A DNA stretch of 62,950 nt, filler included, from Sphacelaria rigidula (Eukaryota): the NCBI GenBank assembly GCA_964200075.2. It is 8 parts of 8 records of this genome, joined end to end, with 100 filler letters (N's around TTAATTAATTAA, not from the genome) between each part and the next. Parts side by side here need not be neighbours in the genome. Positions count along the whole stretch, not along the records: positions 7,883 to 15,664 come from CAXNAA020013472.1; positions 15,765 to 23,546 come from CAXNAA020013473.1; 6 more parts are not named here. The stretch is one strand, 5' to 3'. The notes beneath the pieces are model-generated. The model had not been told where the DNA came from and did not search any database. It saw nothing but the letters and a program-made list of their open reading frames with translations. Shown here piece after piece: positions 9,808 to 21,349 of this stretch (its first letter is position 1; each line of letters begins with the position of its first letter). Both the position numbers and the translations under genes were made by a program.

Positions 9808-12800
9808 TCACCCGTGCTGGCAGTTCCAACGACAACTCCCAGCGAACCTTGAATTCATCGCGCATTTTCACACGCCCGAAAAATGTCGCTCATGGTCGCA
9901 CATATGACGGTAGTTCATGACATAGTTCCAATTCATCGCGCGGCCCGAAGCACGCGATGAATGCCAACCGTGACCGTACTCACGAGGATGATTCGCGGCA
10001 CAGATCAAGTTCATCGCGCTTTCACTTGCGCTCGAAGAACACCGATCATGCAACCGCGCGCACCCCTCCTGCTCCGCATCTGTCACGTCGCCGTCATTTA
10101 CGCAATGATAACACTGTACATGCTGACGATATCCAAAATATATTTTCGGACATGCCACCGGCTCTGGAATCCTCGATTGAGAGATCCGGCCGTCCTTCAT
10201 CGCAAAACCGACGACCCCGCAATGACCGCGACCCACCGTCCCGCTCTGATGCTGCGATTATTCGTTCTCTTCAACAACGGTTGACAGACCTCGCGCGACA
10301 ATTATCAACAATGGAGTATTCAAGAACCACCGCCGCTGCCGCCAAGACCACGGTGGAGACAACAGACGTTACTGTAGCTCCTGCTGCCGCCACAACTGCC
10401 GCTGCTGCCGCTGCTACCTTGGCCGCTGCGCCTTCTGCCACGCCAACTACAATCACGGCCCCAACACTCGTTGCCGCCCCGTCTGCAGTCTACACCGACG
10501 CAGATAGTGGTCCGACCACTGGCCCGGTCGCGGATGCCCCTGTGCGCTCACCCCCGTCTGTGGAGGATCTCCCTCCGCTCGACGGCGAGCGTTGCCCTAC
10601 CGGCCTTCTGTGGAGGCTGTTCAGAAACCGCCCCCGTGCGGAACATCTGGAACTCATCGACGATTACGCCTCGCAAGCGCCAGCGCTTGCCAAAAAACGT
10701 ACTGGAGCAACAACGCGCTGCCGACGCCGCTGCGGCACGCGTCCTCGCCGAATCACACGCAGCCAAGCATCAAGATCTTCAGCGTCAGACTGTACGTGCC
10801 CAAACAACAAACTCGGCGGCTCAACGCGCTCTACAGGAAGGTCGCACTGCTGCGTTGGCGGCTCAGAAGCGCGTCAAGAACCTCGAGGACCATGTACGCA
10901 GGACTGCCCACGACGCGGCCACGTCGGTGGCTCGCCTCACAAACCATCCGGCCTCTCCGCCGTCCATCGGCAACACGCCCGGTAGTCGCTCTCCCCGTCA
11001 GCCAACGACTGACAAGTCTACTTGAATCATCCCACATGAGTCCGATAATACGTCGTATGCTGCGGCCGCTGCCGCCCCAACGACGGCCCCAACACGTCCG
11101 CCTCGTGCACCTAGCTCGGCGGCCGATACCCGCCTGACGCTGGGCCTGCAACTGGCGCCTCACAAACGAGTGTGGCTTTCTCGTTCCACAGCCGATTGTA
11201 CCGGCCCGTTCCACAGAACCAACCACTTTCACTGCTCCCGCCAGGCCTGAAACGAAATTTCGCAATGCTTGCTCCACGTTATTGGTGTTTACGTGGAGCA
11301 GGGCTGCTTCTTCCCCGATGAAGGCGTACCGGCTCTCCCTTTGGGCCAACTGGTCCTCCAGATGACTATCGCCGATTGCCCGGATCACCAGCGTTACGTG
11401 CGCGCTGTCACTGATCTTTTTGCGGCGTCACGTGCCGCTCACAACTCGGATCCCGGCGCCACCATCGCCGACGATGACAAAGATCAAGATGGGTGGACTC
11501 CCACAAGTACCAACTGCAGGGGACAAAAGAAGAACCACCGACGGGATGACGACGACAACGATGGAGGAGGCTCACGCCGCCGCCGTGGTGGTGGAGGATC
11601 CTCTTCGGGCGGCTCAGGACAGAACCGCCCGGCTCGCAATACCCGCGGCCTGCCTCGCAAGAAAACCGGAGGTAATTCTTCCGGATGTTTCGCGACAGGT
11701 TGGAACCGGTCTGATACAGACCTGCCCCCCTTGGGTCCGGCGATACCAAGGCAATTGATCCCTAAATTGGCTGATGTTTCGGCCCGCATTTTAGTTTTAT
11801 CTGATACGGACACGCCCGGCCGTCCATTGTCTTCTACTGCAGCCCGCACTTTAGCAACCGCTGCGGCTGACAACGAACGTTCCAGAGCTAGTAAAAAAGC
11901 AGCTTCCGATAGAGCCGAGTCTGCCCGAGTAGCTGCAATACAGAGACAGTATAATATTCAGATGGATGTCAAAAAAGCTTTGGCACATCAAAAACATACC
12001 TGCTGTGGACAGCGAAGATTCAGGACAGTTGACTTCTGCCCTCATCACGTCCATTCGTCGCACTGTTTGTAACATCCCTCACTTGGCGGATGCAACTGGC
12101 ACCCAACGTTTCGAAGATTCCGGTTGGGTCGAGGGCTGGCGGACTCCCTTGCATAAAGCATTGTATCGATCCGTCAGCCGCCGCTCTCCCGACATCGCTG
12201 CTTCCTTAACACAGATCCTCGACGGCTTCCTCGCCGAAATGGATCCGGATCGTGCCAAGGGGAAGACAGGCCCAGTATTGCTCTCTGATTTGGAGAGGCG
12301 TTTGATAGATTATTTTGACAAAAGTGACCAAGCCAGCGCCATCCAGAAGCCGTGTTCTTTTGCTTTCGCATCGGATGTCCCCTTCGCGGACTATATCTGC
12401 GAATTTAAGCTTTTGGTTTCTGGTACTACGGGTGTCGGACGCCAAAACGGACCGAGCGATGCAATGTGTCAGACTTACGTTCGCAATAGCGTTGCTCAAC
12501 AGTATCGGCTGCGATGCCGTCGTTGTTCCCGGATGTCTGAGCGCATCGCGAGGTGCCTCACGCCTCTGTTGATACTATGTGGTCTGCTCTTGTACACCAA
12601 GAGGGTAATCTAACGCCCACCATACGTGGCGAACCTTATACGTCTGTGCGTTCACAACCTACGGTTGTGTCCTCCGCTCATGCCCAAGGGTCTTGCGGCA
12701 GGAATTCGAGCTCATCTCGCGCTTCATGGACCCCCGACTCGGTCACCGGTCTAGTTTTGCATGTTCAGAGTACCAGAAATGCATTCAGCGCGAGTTTTGA

Positions 12801-13282
12801 TGGTTGGCCGTTTTCCGAGGAAACGGGGGGTGATGTTTATTTGACTTCAACAACGGCATTCATTACAGACGATCCCCATTATTTGTGGAAGCCACTTCTT
12901 TCGTTTCCTGCTAGACGCAATGCCTTCAGCAGTCATGCCAACAGTTGCATCAACTGTAGTGTTTAAGGCCACAGTATGTGCGACTGCGACAGTCCATGCA
13001 TCAATGCCTTTGATCTCATGAACCCTGAAGTGCAGGACAATGAATTCGCGTGGCGCCGATGGCAAAAGCATATGCGCGACTATCGCCCACCTAATCGAAA
13101 TTACCGTAACAATTCGAACCAACGTGGCAACAAAGGCTCTAGTCGCGGTCGCCGACAAAACAACAATCACGGAAGCCCCCGCCAGAACGATCAAAATTCT
13201 CGCAACAACAAATGTTCCGCGGATAGACACCAGCGGGATGGACCGACACAAAGGACAAATGCCAACACTAGAAACCCTGGTA

Positions 13283-13579
13283 CGACACTTTCCTACGAAA
13301 GTCCTCCCCCCCAAACCAGCCCAAACGTGCCACGAAAAAAATAGTCATACAGCGTCTGATGTTTGGTTTCAGACTGCATGATGCGCCTCATATCGGCGAC
13401 ATCGGCGAGAACGAACCCAAGTGTGGGGCTTCCCAGCTGCTCATTGTGCTTGGCTTTGTTAATTTCGATTCACTTCCCAGCTGCTCATTGTGCTTGGCTT
13501 TGTTAATTTCGATTCACGTGAAGATTTTGCCTCCCCAAACCAGGCACTTTAATTGGGGGGGCTATCGTAGAAAGTGTCG
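13283..13579 (+). mobile_element. MITE-A, TA-targeting (Tc1/mariner-type non-autonomous), inserted in LTR element 1
   Basis: TIRs CGACACTTTC(C)TACGA.AG.. and ..GGGGGCTATCGTAGAAAGTGTCG; TA at 13281-82 and 13580-81; internal perfect 44-bp duplication 13430-13473/13474-13517. Confidence 0.88.
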
Positions 13580-13670
13580 TACCTTTACTACTGATCGCAC
13601 AGATCCATGACGTGCCGACGCCGGCGTTCTTCGGTCTTCCGCGCCGACGACAGCATGAGCGAAGATATTC

Positions 13671-14004
13671 TCAACACAGCCCGCAGAACCCGCGACTAAG
13701 GTTCTTCGCCCGGCTCCCCGGCATTATCCAGGAGCGTAACTGACGGCCGTTCAAATCGACCCCCGTCTATAACAACCTCTACACACTTTTCAACACAGCC
13801 CGCAGAGCCCGCGACTGAGATTGTTCGCCCAGCTCCCCCGGCATTATCCAGGAGCGCAACTGACGGCCGTTCAAATCGACCCCCGTCTCCAACCTCTAAA
13901 CACTTTTCAACACAGCCCGCAGAGCCCGCGAATAAGATTGTTCGCCCGGATCCCCCGGCACTATGCAGGAGCGCAACTGACGGCCGTTCATATCGACCCC
14001 CGTC
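13671..14004 (+). repeat. Tandem repeat, about 118-bp unit x about 3, inside LTR element 1
   Basis: Units start at 13671, 13790 and 13907 (TCAACACAGCCCGCAGA.CCCGCGA...AACTGACGGCCGTTCA.ATCGACCCCCGTC). Confidence 0.92.
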
Positions 14005-14959
14005 CACACCCCTCCTCACACCGCGTAACAATTGTGTCACCCCGCGACCCAGATCTACACCCGGCTTTGAACTTGGTCCTTCAGTGCCGAGTATAAGTCT
14101 GAGGTATGGGAGGACCAACCGCCAGTCCCTGAGGCAAAGGCTTCCCCCAGCGACCGCACGCACAGGTAGTAGCAAGCCTTCTTCAGCTGACCCAAGTGTT
14201 GCTGATTCGAACTTGATCACATCGGATCATGTAATTCCCAATCAGTTGGATCGAGCTCCTTCCCCGCGATTTTCAACACGCACGGACCTACCTTCGGCTG
14301 GTTCTAAAACAACTGCCCCAACATATCTTCGGCTATGATCCACCAGCCAAGCTTGCCTACGGAAAGCAGCCCACAAGTTTCGCTCCGTCATGCCCCGATG
14401 CTGATCCCATCCACTCAACTGGACGCAGTTGTGGTTTCATCCAAAAATGTTTTGGGAGTTCCCCGATCTTTGTCACGGCGAAGAAGAAAGCCTCGTAAGC
14501 ATGCCCCCAAGGACGCGCGCGCATCATCACGTACACCTCTTTCGAGTGGAAATCCTCGACCTCAACCTCTCCAAAATGCGACGACTTTGAGTTCGACGGC
14601 TCTATCAAGTATTCCGGAAGAAACAAAATCGAATAACTCTGACGGCACTACTTCCTCAATCGACGACTCCAGCCCCGCATAATCTGGATCCCCCTTGGAC
14701 GGTGATCCCTGTCAACCAAAGACGATCATTTACGAAATCACCAATGGTCACTCTAACCGTTCCACACCTGGAAATAATATACCGTCCACCCCCTTCTCTG
14801 GTGAGAAACCTGACCCACCGGCGGATCACCCGCCGTGCGTTTCTGCTGTCAGCCCCGCTGATCCTGACCAATTCACCTTGACGGAACACGGTCCGGATTT
14901 TGTCGGTGGTGAAGTGTCAGTAGATCCGGCCACTTTCACTACACGTGTTGCGATCCATT

Positions 14960-15300
14960 CTGGTCCAAACGCTACCACGCCTACAAAATGCGTATCCTTG
15001 TTGGACAGCGGCAGCCCGTAAACATTAATTCGAGAACGAACATGGAAACACATGAAACAGACTAGCGCTGCTGCTGAAGCTTGCGAAACCACCACCAAAC
15101 CTCGAGGATGGTGCGGTTTCGGTGATTCTGCCACACCGCTGACGACACGTAAATCCGCACGTCTTAGTGTTCAGTTCTTTCACAACACCACTCGATCTGC
15201 CAGCCTGGCAGTCTGGGCATACATTGTCCCCAACAGCACAATGCACCACGCCATATTATTGGGCAGAGATAGCTTTATGCGGTTTAATAAACGCACCTAC
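14960..15300 (+). pseudogene. Retroviral-type aspartic protease remnant
   Basis: CVSLLDSGSP*TLIRERTW...VWAYIVP...HAILLGRDSFMRF, with an in-frame stop at 15019-15021. Confidence 0.8.
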
Positions 15301-15664
15301 CGCACACTTCCACCACTAGCGCCACATTCCACGCCTCGTAGAGAATTCAACCTCGAGCACCTTGGTACTCTCCACGGCGCCGTGGCCTGCCAGAATAATA
15401 CTCAAGCAACCGGAGCTGCTTACCACCTACGATACAACGGTAGCACACCCCGGACAATGGACACAATAATATTTCATTGCTTCAGCAATAGACACGGGGA
15501 AAAATCTATCGATACATTTTATCGAACACGATAGATGGTGAAATACATCTATTGATATATATTATCGAACACGATAGATGTTGCAATAGTCGATCGATAG
15601 TCTATGGCAATTACAATAGATGAAGATCACTGGCCATCGATGGAAATGGTGTACCGCAATAGAT

Positions 15665-15764
15665 NNNNNNNNNNNNNNNNNNNNNNNNNNNNNNNNNNNN
15701 NNNNNNNNTTAATTAATTAANNNNNNNNNNNNNNNNNNNNNNNNNNNNNNNNNNNNNNNNNNNN
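15665..15764. other. Artificial contig linker
   Basis: N44-TTAATTAATTAA-N44. Confidence 0.98.
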
Positions 15765-15861
15765 GTCAACAAAATTTTCGGGACCGAGAGAGGGAAGGGG
15801 GGGGGGTGGCCCAGCACGGGGGTTAATATGACCCCCCCCGGGGGGGGGGGGGGGGGGGGGG

Positions 15862-16075
15862 TGTACTCATTTATCGCTCGCCTTGGTCGTTTGACCGTTG
15901 ACCTCGCATCCCCTTTCGAGACGGAGTGCCGTTCCTACTCCTAATAGAGACAGCTCCAACATTCCGGCGCTTATTACGTTTCTTCCATACATTACACAAA
16001 AACCTTGTACATATCTCTTCCCCGTCCTCTTTCGCTGTCTCTGGCCACCATTTACTTCCTAGTATAGCCATCGGG
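15862..16075 (-). mobile_element. 3' fragment of a LINE-like element
   Basis: Peptide AILGSKWWPETAKEDGEEICTRFLCNVWKKRN.., followed by GAGTAC and a poly-C tract; a second copy of the 3' end lies at 18324-18392. LINE assignment is from recognition of the W-x-x-RN C-terminal pattern. Confidence 0.6.
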
Positions 16076-16565
16076 GAGGGGATGGGGGGGGGGGGGAGGA
16101 TGGGTCGGTTGGATTGTTTGCCGAAAACAGCCGATTTGATAGGCCTTCTTGGCACATATGAAAGGACCTGGATTGTCTCCATGTCGATAGCTATTCTAGC
16201 GATATGCCGATACGAAAGGAGAACTGCGTCTTCGACGCTCATGTGTGTGTGCATGCGTGCGTGCTTGATGTCCGTCATCGAAGTCCATGGGCTGAGGGGA
16301 TCCATCTATGTTTCCCCCGATACAGCACAGGTATTGGAAGATAGATAGCACAGTATCGCCGACTAGACAGAACTGAATATTTTCACTCGAAAATTTGGTC
16401 CAGAGTTTGAACTACTTACATCTGGCGTAGTATCATGTTGTGTTCTGCCAGTCAAGTAATCTCAAACGATATCTCCTTTTGTGTTGACAGCCCCCCTTCC
16501 GTAACCCGGCGCTGCGATATGTAATATGCTATGTATGCCTTGTATTTTGGTTATGTTTTTCGCAG

Positions 16566-16691
16566 TGCTGGTGCGGAGACGACCCCGACTACGATAGACA
16601 CGGCAGCTCCACCGACTGCGACATGCCATGCGCTGGCGACGCCGAGGACATTTGCGGCGGCTACGACGCCATGAGCGTCTGGGAGTACTAA
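16566..16691 (+). CDS. Terminal exon of a second WSC-domain gene (CWCGDDPDYDRHGSSTDCDMPCAGDAEDICGGYDAMSVWEY*)
   Basis: T-rich tract plus CGCAG acceptor at 16561-16565, 126 nt ending in TAA; same intron position and pattern as exon 2169-2297. Not in the ORF track. Confidence 0.9.
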   Translation, partial: CWCGDDPDYDRHGSSTDCDMPCAGDAEDICGGYDAMSVWEY

Positions 16692-18323
16692 TCATAAACT
16701 CCCCCCCCCCTCCCGCCATACTTCCATTCTCTGCCCTTCGTTGGGACAATTTTGTACTCTTCTCAAAAGGTGAATCCACATGTGTAAATAAACCCAAATT
16801 CCCCAAGGTAAACGACGGTGTACTGACTTGTCATCCGTGGTTCGGTACAGAGGAAAATCCGGATTCAGATTCAGATTCGGAGACGGCAGGTGCATGGGTG
16901 ACGATGCTCTTGGTGAAAGGGTGTGGTACCGTGGTTAGACGCGATTCTAACCTCGTTTTTCATCTGCTATACCGAATGTCATACCAAGTTGGAGAGGCGT
17001 GGTTTTCGTGCACTTCATTAAAGGAGTGTGCCAGTAATGATCCGTCCGTCTTGAATGACGCAGTCCAAGAGGGCCCAAATATTGTTCAGATGAGAGACGG
17101 ACGCGGGTACGGGTAAATGTGTTCGGGGGAAGTACATGTAATACTACGGGAGTGAGCATGTAATTTTCTTACTCGATACCTTGGGCACCCGCGCATACTG
17201 AGGGTACCTTCGGGTACGATACTTTACCTCGACCGTCTTCGCAAGAGAAAGCGTCACTGGCGGCACCCAGGCACTCCACAGGCAGGAATGATGCTAGATG
17301 TGCGGGGCCAGGCTAGCCGGCCTTCTCACCTTGTCCCTGCTGAGGTCTCCCATTCTCTTCTTTGGGACAAGGTCGTATCATGTATCGGGAGACGCAGTCC
17401 ACTGTACGTGTTGTAGAGTATCGATGACACTGTGTACGTGCTAGTACTTGAGGCCATGTATATACATGTGGTACGTGTGTTGGCGGTGTCACTTTACCGC
17501 TATTCAACTCTTATGCAAGCTTCTCTTGAGAAGTTGGTGCCGCAGGGGACGAGATGCTTCACCTCAGATTCTCTATCCCTTTATATGACTCGCATGTGCG
17601 CGAGGGAATGCCCATGTTTCGTTACGATGCACACCCTGGACAAACAAGCAGTTCTACAGGGGAGAAGGGGGGCATGAACTGGCCGTGTTTGGATCTTTTC
17701 AAGGGTGAAGCCCCTCGACGACGTAACCCTATTGTTGTGATGGATATCCGCTGTGTTGACGTGAGTCATGAACGCGACCTGGCGCCTGGGTTGCAAAGCT
17801 GAGAGCAACACTTGTAGTATATCTCTACTGGAATTAAACTCTCTCGGCCGAATTATGCTTCAACGCAACGGCTGCTCGATATTCAGGGTTGATAGCATTC
17901 CGTGTTTTTTTCGCCTCTCAGAAGACGACGTCGTCAAGTCTACATGCAGATGGTTTGGTTTGTGTCGACTGCTTTTGCGGTCAATTACTACTAATTGTTG
18001 TTTTTAAGTTCCCCCCACCACAGGAGTTCCTCACCTGGTGGGGCTGGAAGCCTGTAGTCGTAGGTTTGATTGTTGACATAAACCTCTATTCGGGAGGACG
18101 ACAGGAAAAGAGTATTAGAAAAAACATTTTGCGCGGAAATGGATACCTAACAGCAAAGGGTTTCGTGTTCCGGTCTCATCTTGATTGAGTGTCGCTCGCA
18201 AAACTGTGTGGTAAACAGGTATTTTACGTTTTTGTTTTTGTAGATTTAATGTGCTTCTGTCGTTGGTTATGAAAGGTGTCGGTTCGCTCGGCTGGCCAGG
18301 GGGAGGGGGTGGGGGAGGCGTAC

Positions 18324-18392
18324 TACTCATTTGTGGCTTGCCTTAGTCGTTAGGCCATTGACCCCGCATTCCTTTCAAGGCGGGAGTACCGT
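18324..18392 (-). repeat. Second copy of the LINE-like 3' end
   Basis: Aligns with 15864-15932 (TACTCATTT..GCT.GCCTT.GTCGTT..CC.TTGACC.CGCAT.CC.TT..A..CGG.GT.CCGT); also flanked by a G-rich tract. Confidence 0.7.
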
Positions 18393-19797
18393 AGGGGCGG
18401 GGGATGAAGGGGTAGTAGGTAGGGGGCTAGACCGTGTCTTTTATTTTTTCATTCCGTCTGCTTTGTCTTGAATCCTCACAGCTCCTGAGAAGGGAAACGA
18501 GAGGACTTGGTTGGCTTCGAATGCCGCCCGGTCCCGTGTAGCGCGCGGGGGAGACGTTTGGCGACGGTCTTTTGGGGAAACCTGTAGTGTTGTCGCGGTC
18601 ACGCAGTACAGTAAGTTCAGTTTACCATGCATATTCTTGAGTACCGAACAACACTAGTTTTTGCGGTTCCGCCATTGCTATTTGAGCGCGGTATTGTTGT
18701 CTATTTCGGGTAGCTCGGGTCATCCCACCCTCAAGAAGAGGCTGAGGAAATCTATCGTGGGGCACTCATATTGTTGCTCTACCCCTGCACGAGCACCGCG
18801 AGAACTGGGCGGGCCAAATTTGTTCTAGTAGACGACCAACTATTTCTCTACCGCGATGTACTGTCCCTTAAATGTAGACTCGAGCGATTGAAGTCTTTTC
18901 GATCAAGGCGGCGTACGGGTCGTGACTGCGTAGAGTACCCCATGGTGGTGGCCCGAGTATTGACCGTGGTACTGTTGTTTACCGTGATTCGGCATCGGTG
19001 AGTTTATCGGGATACAGCGCCCTCCCTGTTTATTTTTGTGCGTATTGGTTCTATTTTTGGCCGTTCGTAAGGACTGAAGTTTCGTGAACCGTGGCCCCGC
19101 GGGAGAACATACAGCAGTCATTTGTCCGATATTTATCAGTAATTAGACTTGGATATTATGTACTATATAGGCTCTGCCCGACGATCTGGACAACAGCTTG
19201 CAACGAAACCGCAATTGCTCGTCGACCATGCCTCGAACCTTGTCACGCAATGAATGAGCATCCATGACATCGAGTTTCACTCGCCGCCAGTGACAAAACC
19301 CAGCGCGGTGAACGCTGTACGCGGCGCACGCCCAAACATCACACAATACGGAGTGTTGCGGTACGGTTCACGAAAAGAAGTGTTCAACGCCCACTGAGCG
19401 GCTGGCAAAACACCAACCGTTCAGACACCGGCCGTCTCTGTTCCGACAGAATAGACCGCAACGCACGAATAAACTTTCACCGTGCGTTCACAAGCACCAT
19501 TAGATCGCAAGAACAAAATGGTGTTGCACCTTAAGCGCATCCCTTAGCTGCGCGATCACTCGATTCCTGAAGAGCGTGGCGGTATCACTAGCCCAAACAC
19601 GCGGCACCCCCAGAGTCTTGCACCAATGGAGCAAGTGCTTAGTCGTAACCCCTGCGGTGCAAGCCTCGATCGGCTTCAAGCAAACGAAACTGAACTAATC
19701 ATACATAGTACCCAAAACGTACCGAAAATCATCCGCCCCAGGCTAACCATTAATACCTTCAGGTCCGCTACTTCCGACGTACAGAAGAGTGATGATA

Positions 19798-20029
19798 CGG
19801 TAGGGTTGCACTTTGTGAGCGAAAATGTTTCTCGGGGTGTGGCACGGATCATTTTGAGAATCGGCATCATTTTCACTTGAAGAAAGACTGAAAATGCTGC
19901 CGATTCATGAAAAGGCCCCTGTGTGCATCTCCTTGTCCTGTCCCCGGAGATTTGGGTTGCACAGTAAGCCCCATATATTTGGGCTCCTACAAAAACGAGA
20001 CCCAAAAACAAAAAGTGCAACCCCTACCG
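19798..20029. mobile_element. 232-bp TA-targeting MITE inserted in the integrase of element 2
   Basis: TIRs CGGTAGGGTTGCACTTT and AAAGTGCAACCCCTACCG; TA at 19796-97 and 20030-31; lies between VVHFDF and LYVGSSGP. Confidence 0.85.
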
Positions 20030-20194
20030 TAGCACTGCTAAAAAAATCAAAGTGAACAACCTCACCTGGCGCAGTACCATGCACAGTATCGTCATAGGGA
20101 CGAGTTACAATCCCATCAGCACGAGTGTCTACAAAACGCAAACACCGGCAAACGCACTCGCGAACGTGGGAATCCATGTGAGGCCACACACAGA

Positions 20195-21349
20195 TTATTT
20201 CGAACGAAACCGAGTCGGCGCCACACCACGATGACCAGCCTGATAGTCGCTGACCAAACGGAATGTGTCCCTCTTCGACACCGCCATCGCCAGACTCGCC
20301 CACACAGCCTCGATTTTCCTCACCACTAAACCAAACGCCACCAAAGCTGCGATGCATAGAGCAAGCCACACGGTCTTCACTGGATCGCACCGTCTGGGCT
20401 TAGCCTTCATTGACTTTGCCTGGGGCATAAGCTGCACCCTCATGGGCTCAACGCGCGCTGGCGGATCACCACGTAGCGCACGACGAAATGTATCCATGCG
20501 ACGAGCCAAAATATCACGCAGACACCGTGCGCCATCGGCGCTCAGGCCCTTCTGCTCGGCCTGCTGCACGCTATCCTCAAGCGTACGTTCTCTTTCACCT
20601 CTCTCCTCCGCTGGGTCCATTAACATATCGGGCCCCCGATCGACCAAGCACTCCACCGCTTCATCTGCAGGAGCCTCCTCCTCATTGACGCTCTGGAATG
20701 ACCGTATGGATACGATCACACGCCTTGCAGCAAGATAGCTGGGAGTTTCCACGCCGGTTTGGACCGGCACAGCACGCGGACGTAACTTCTCCAACGCCAG
20801 CGGGTACATATCAATCCCGATCTCCTTCATCGTTGCCATCCCAAATAGAACCAGGTTATCCCTACCAAGCATGACAGCGAAAGTAATGGGCTGCAACTCC
20901 ACAGTCCCCCACGGCGTACGCACACCAACGATGATCGGCACCGTTTTATGTGTAACCGTCACGAGAGCACCCGTGGTGGTCGGTGCTGTTTGCGGTCCGT
21001 TTTCGAACGGACTCTGAAGCTGAGCGCCGCCAAACTGCCAAGACATTTGCTCAAGCAACCCCACACTGATCGACGTGATCGCGGACCCAGAATCCGGAAT
21101 AACGCGGGCCATGAACGAATCTACAGAACCAGGCAAGGATGAACCTGCGCGTAAGCATTCAGCCTTGCGATCGACAGGTACCACGCTTGTCGAAGAACCC
21201 TGTTCGGTAGCAAGAGTCATCTGACGCCCGGGCTGCCCTCCAGCGCTTGACATCGATAGCTGCGAATCGTCGGTCCAACCAGACGAAGTCGCCGAATATG
21301 CAGACGGCGCTGTTACAGCAGTCGCAGCCGTAGGAGATGCGCCAGACAC
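20195..21349 (-). pseudogene. Gypsy pol remnant: protease plus RT N-terminus fused to the integrase zinc-binding region
   Basis: 384-aa ORF with a DSG protease motif, ending RLVSDYQ|AGHRGVAPT. Confidence 0.85.

Larger units (their letters stand above)
9277..15440 (+). mobile_element. Degenerate LTR retrotransposon 1 (probably Ty3/Gypsy): LTR-PBS-gag-protease, 3' part absent
   Basis: Frameshifted gag-like ORFs from 9957 to about 13280. CCHC knuckle CINCSV*GHSMCDC at 12946-12987. Retropepsin motifs LLDSGSP (about 15000) and AILLGRDS (about 15250-15273). RT is not visible, so the superfamily is inferred. Confidence 0.8.

Noticed and set aside
9957-10985. 342-aa Ala/Thr-rich ORF as a host gene
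   Set aside because: Lies directly behind an LTR and PBS and continues by frameshift into gag-like sequence.
13671-14004. CRISPR-like array (also 28001-28190)
   Set aside because: Units are contiguous with no unique spacers, there are no cas genes and the context is eukaryotic.
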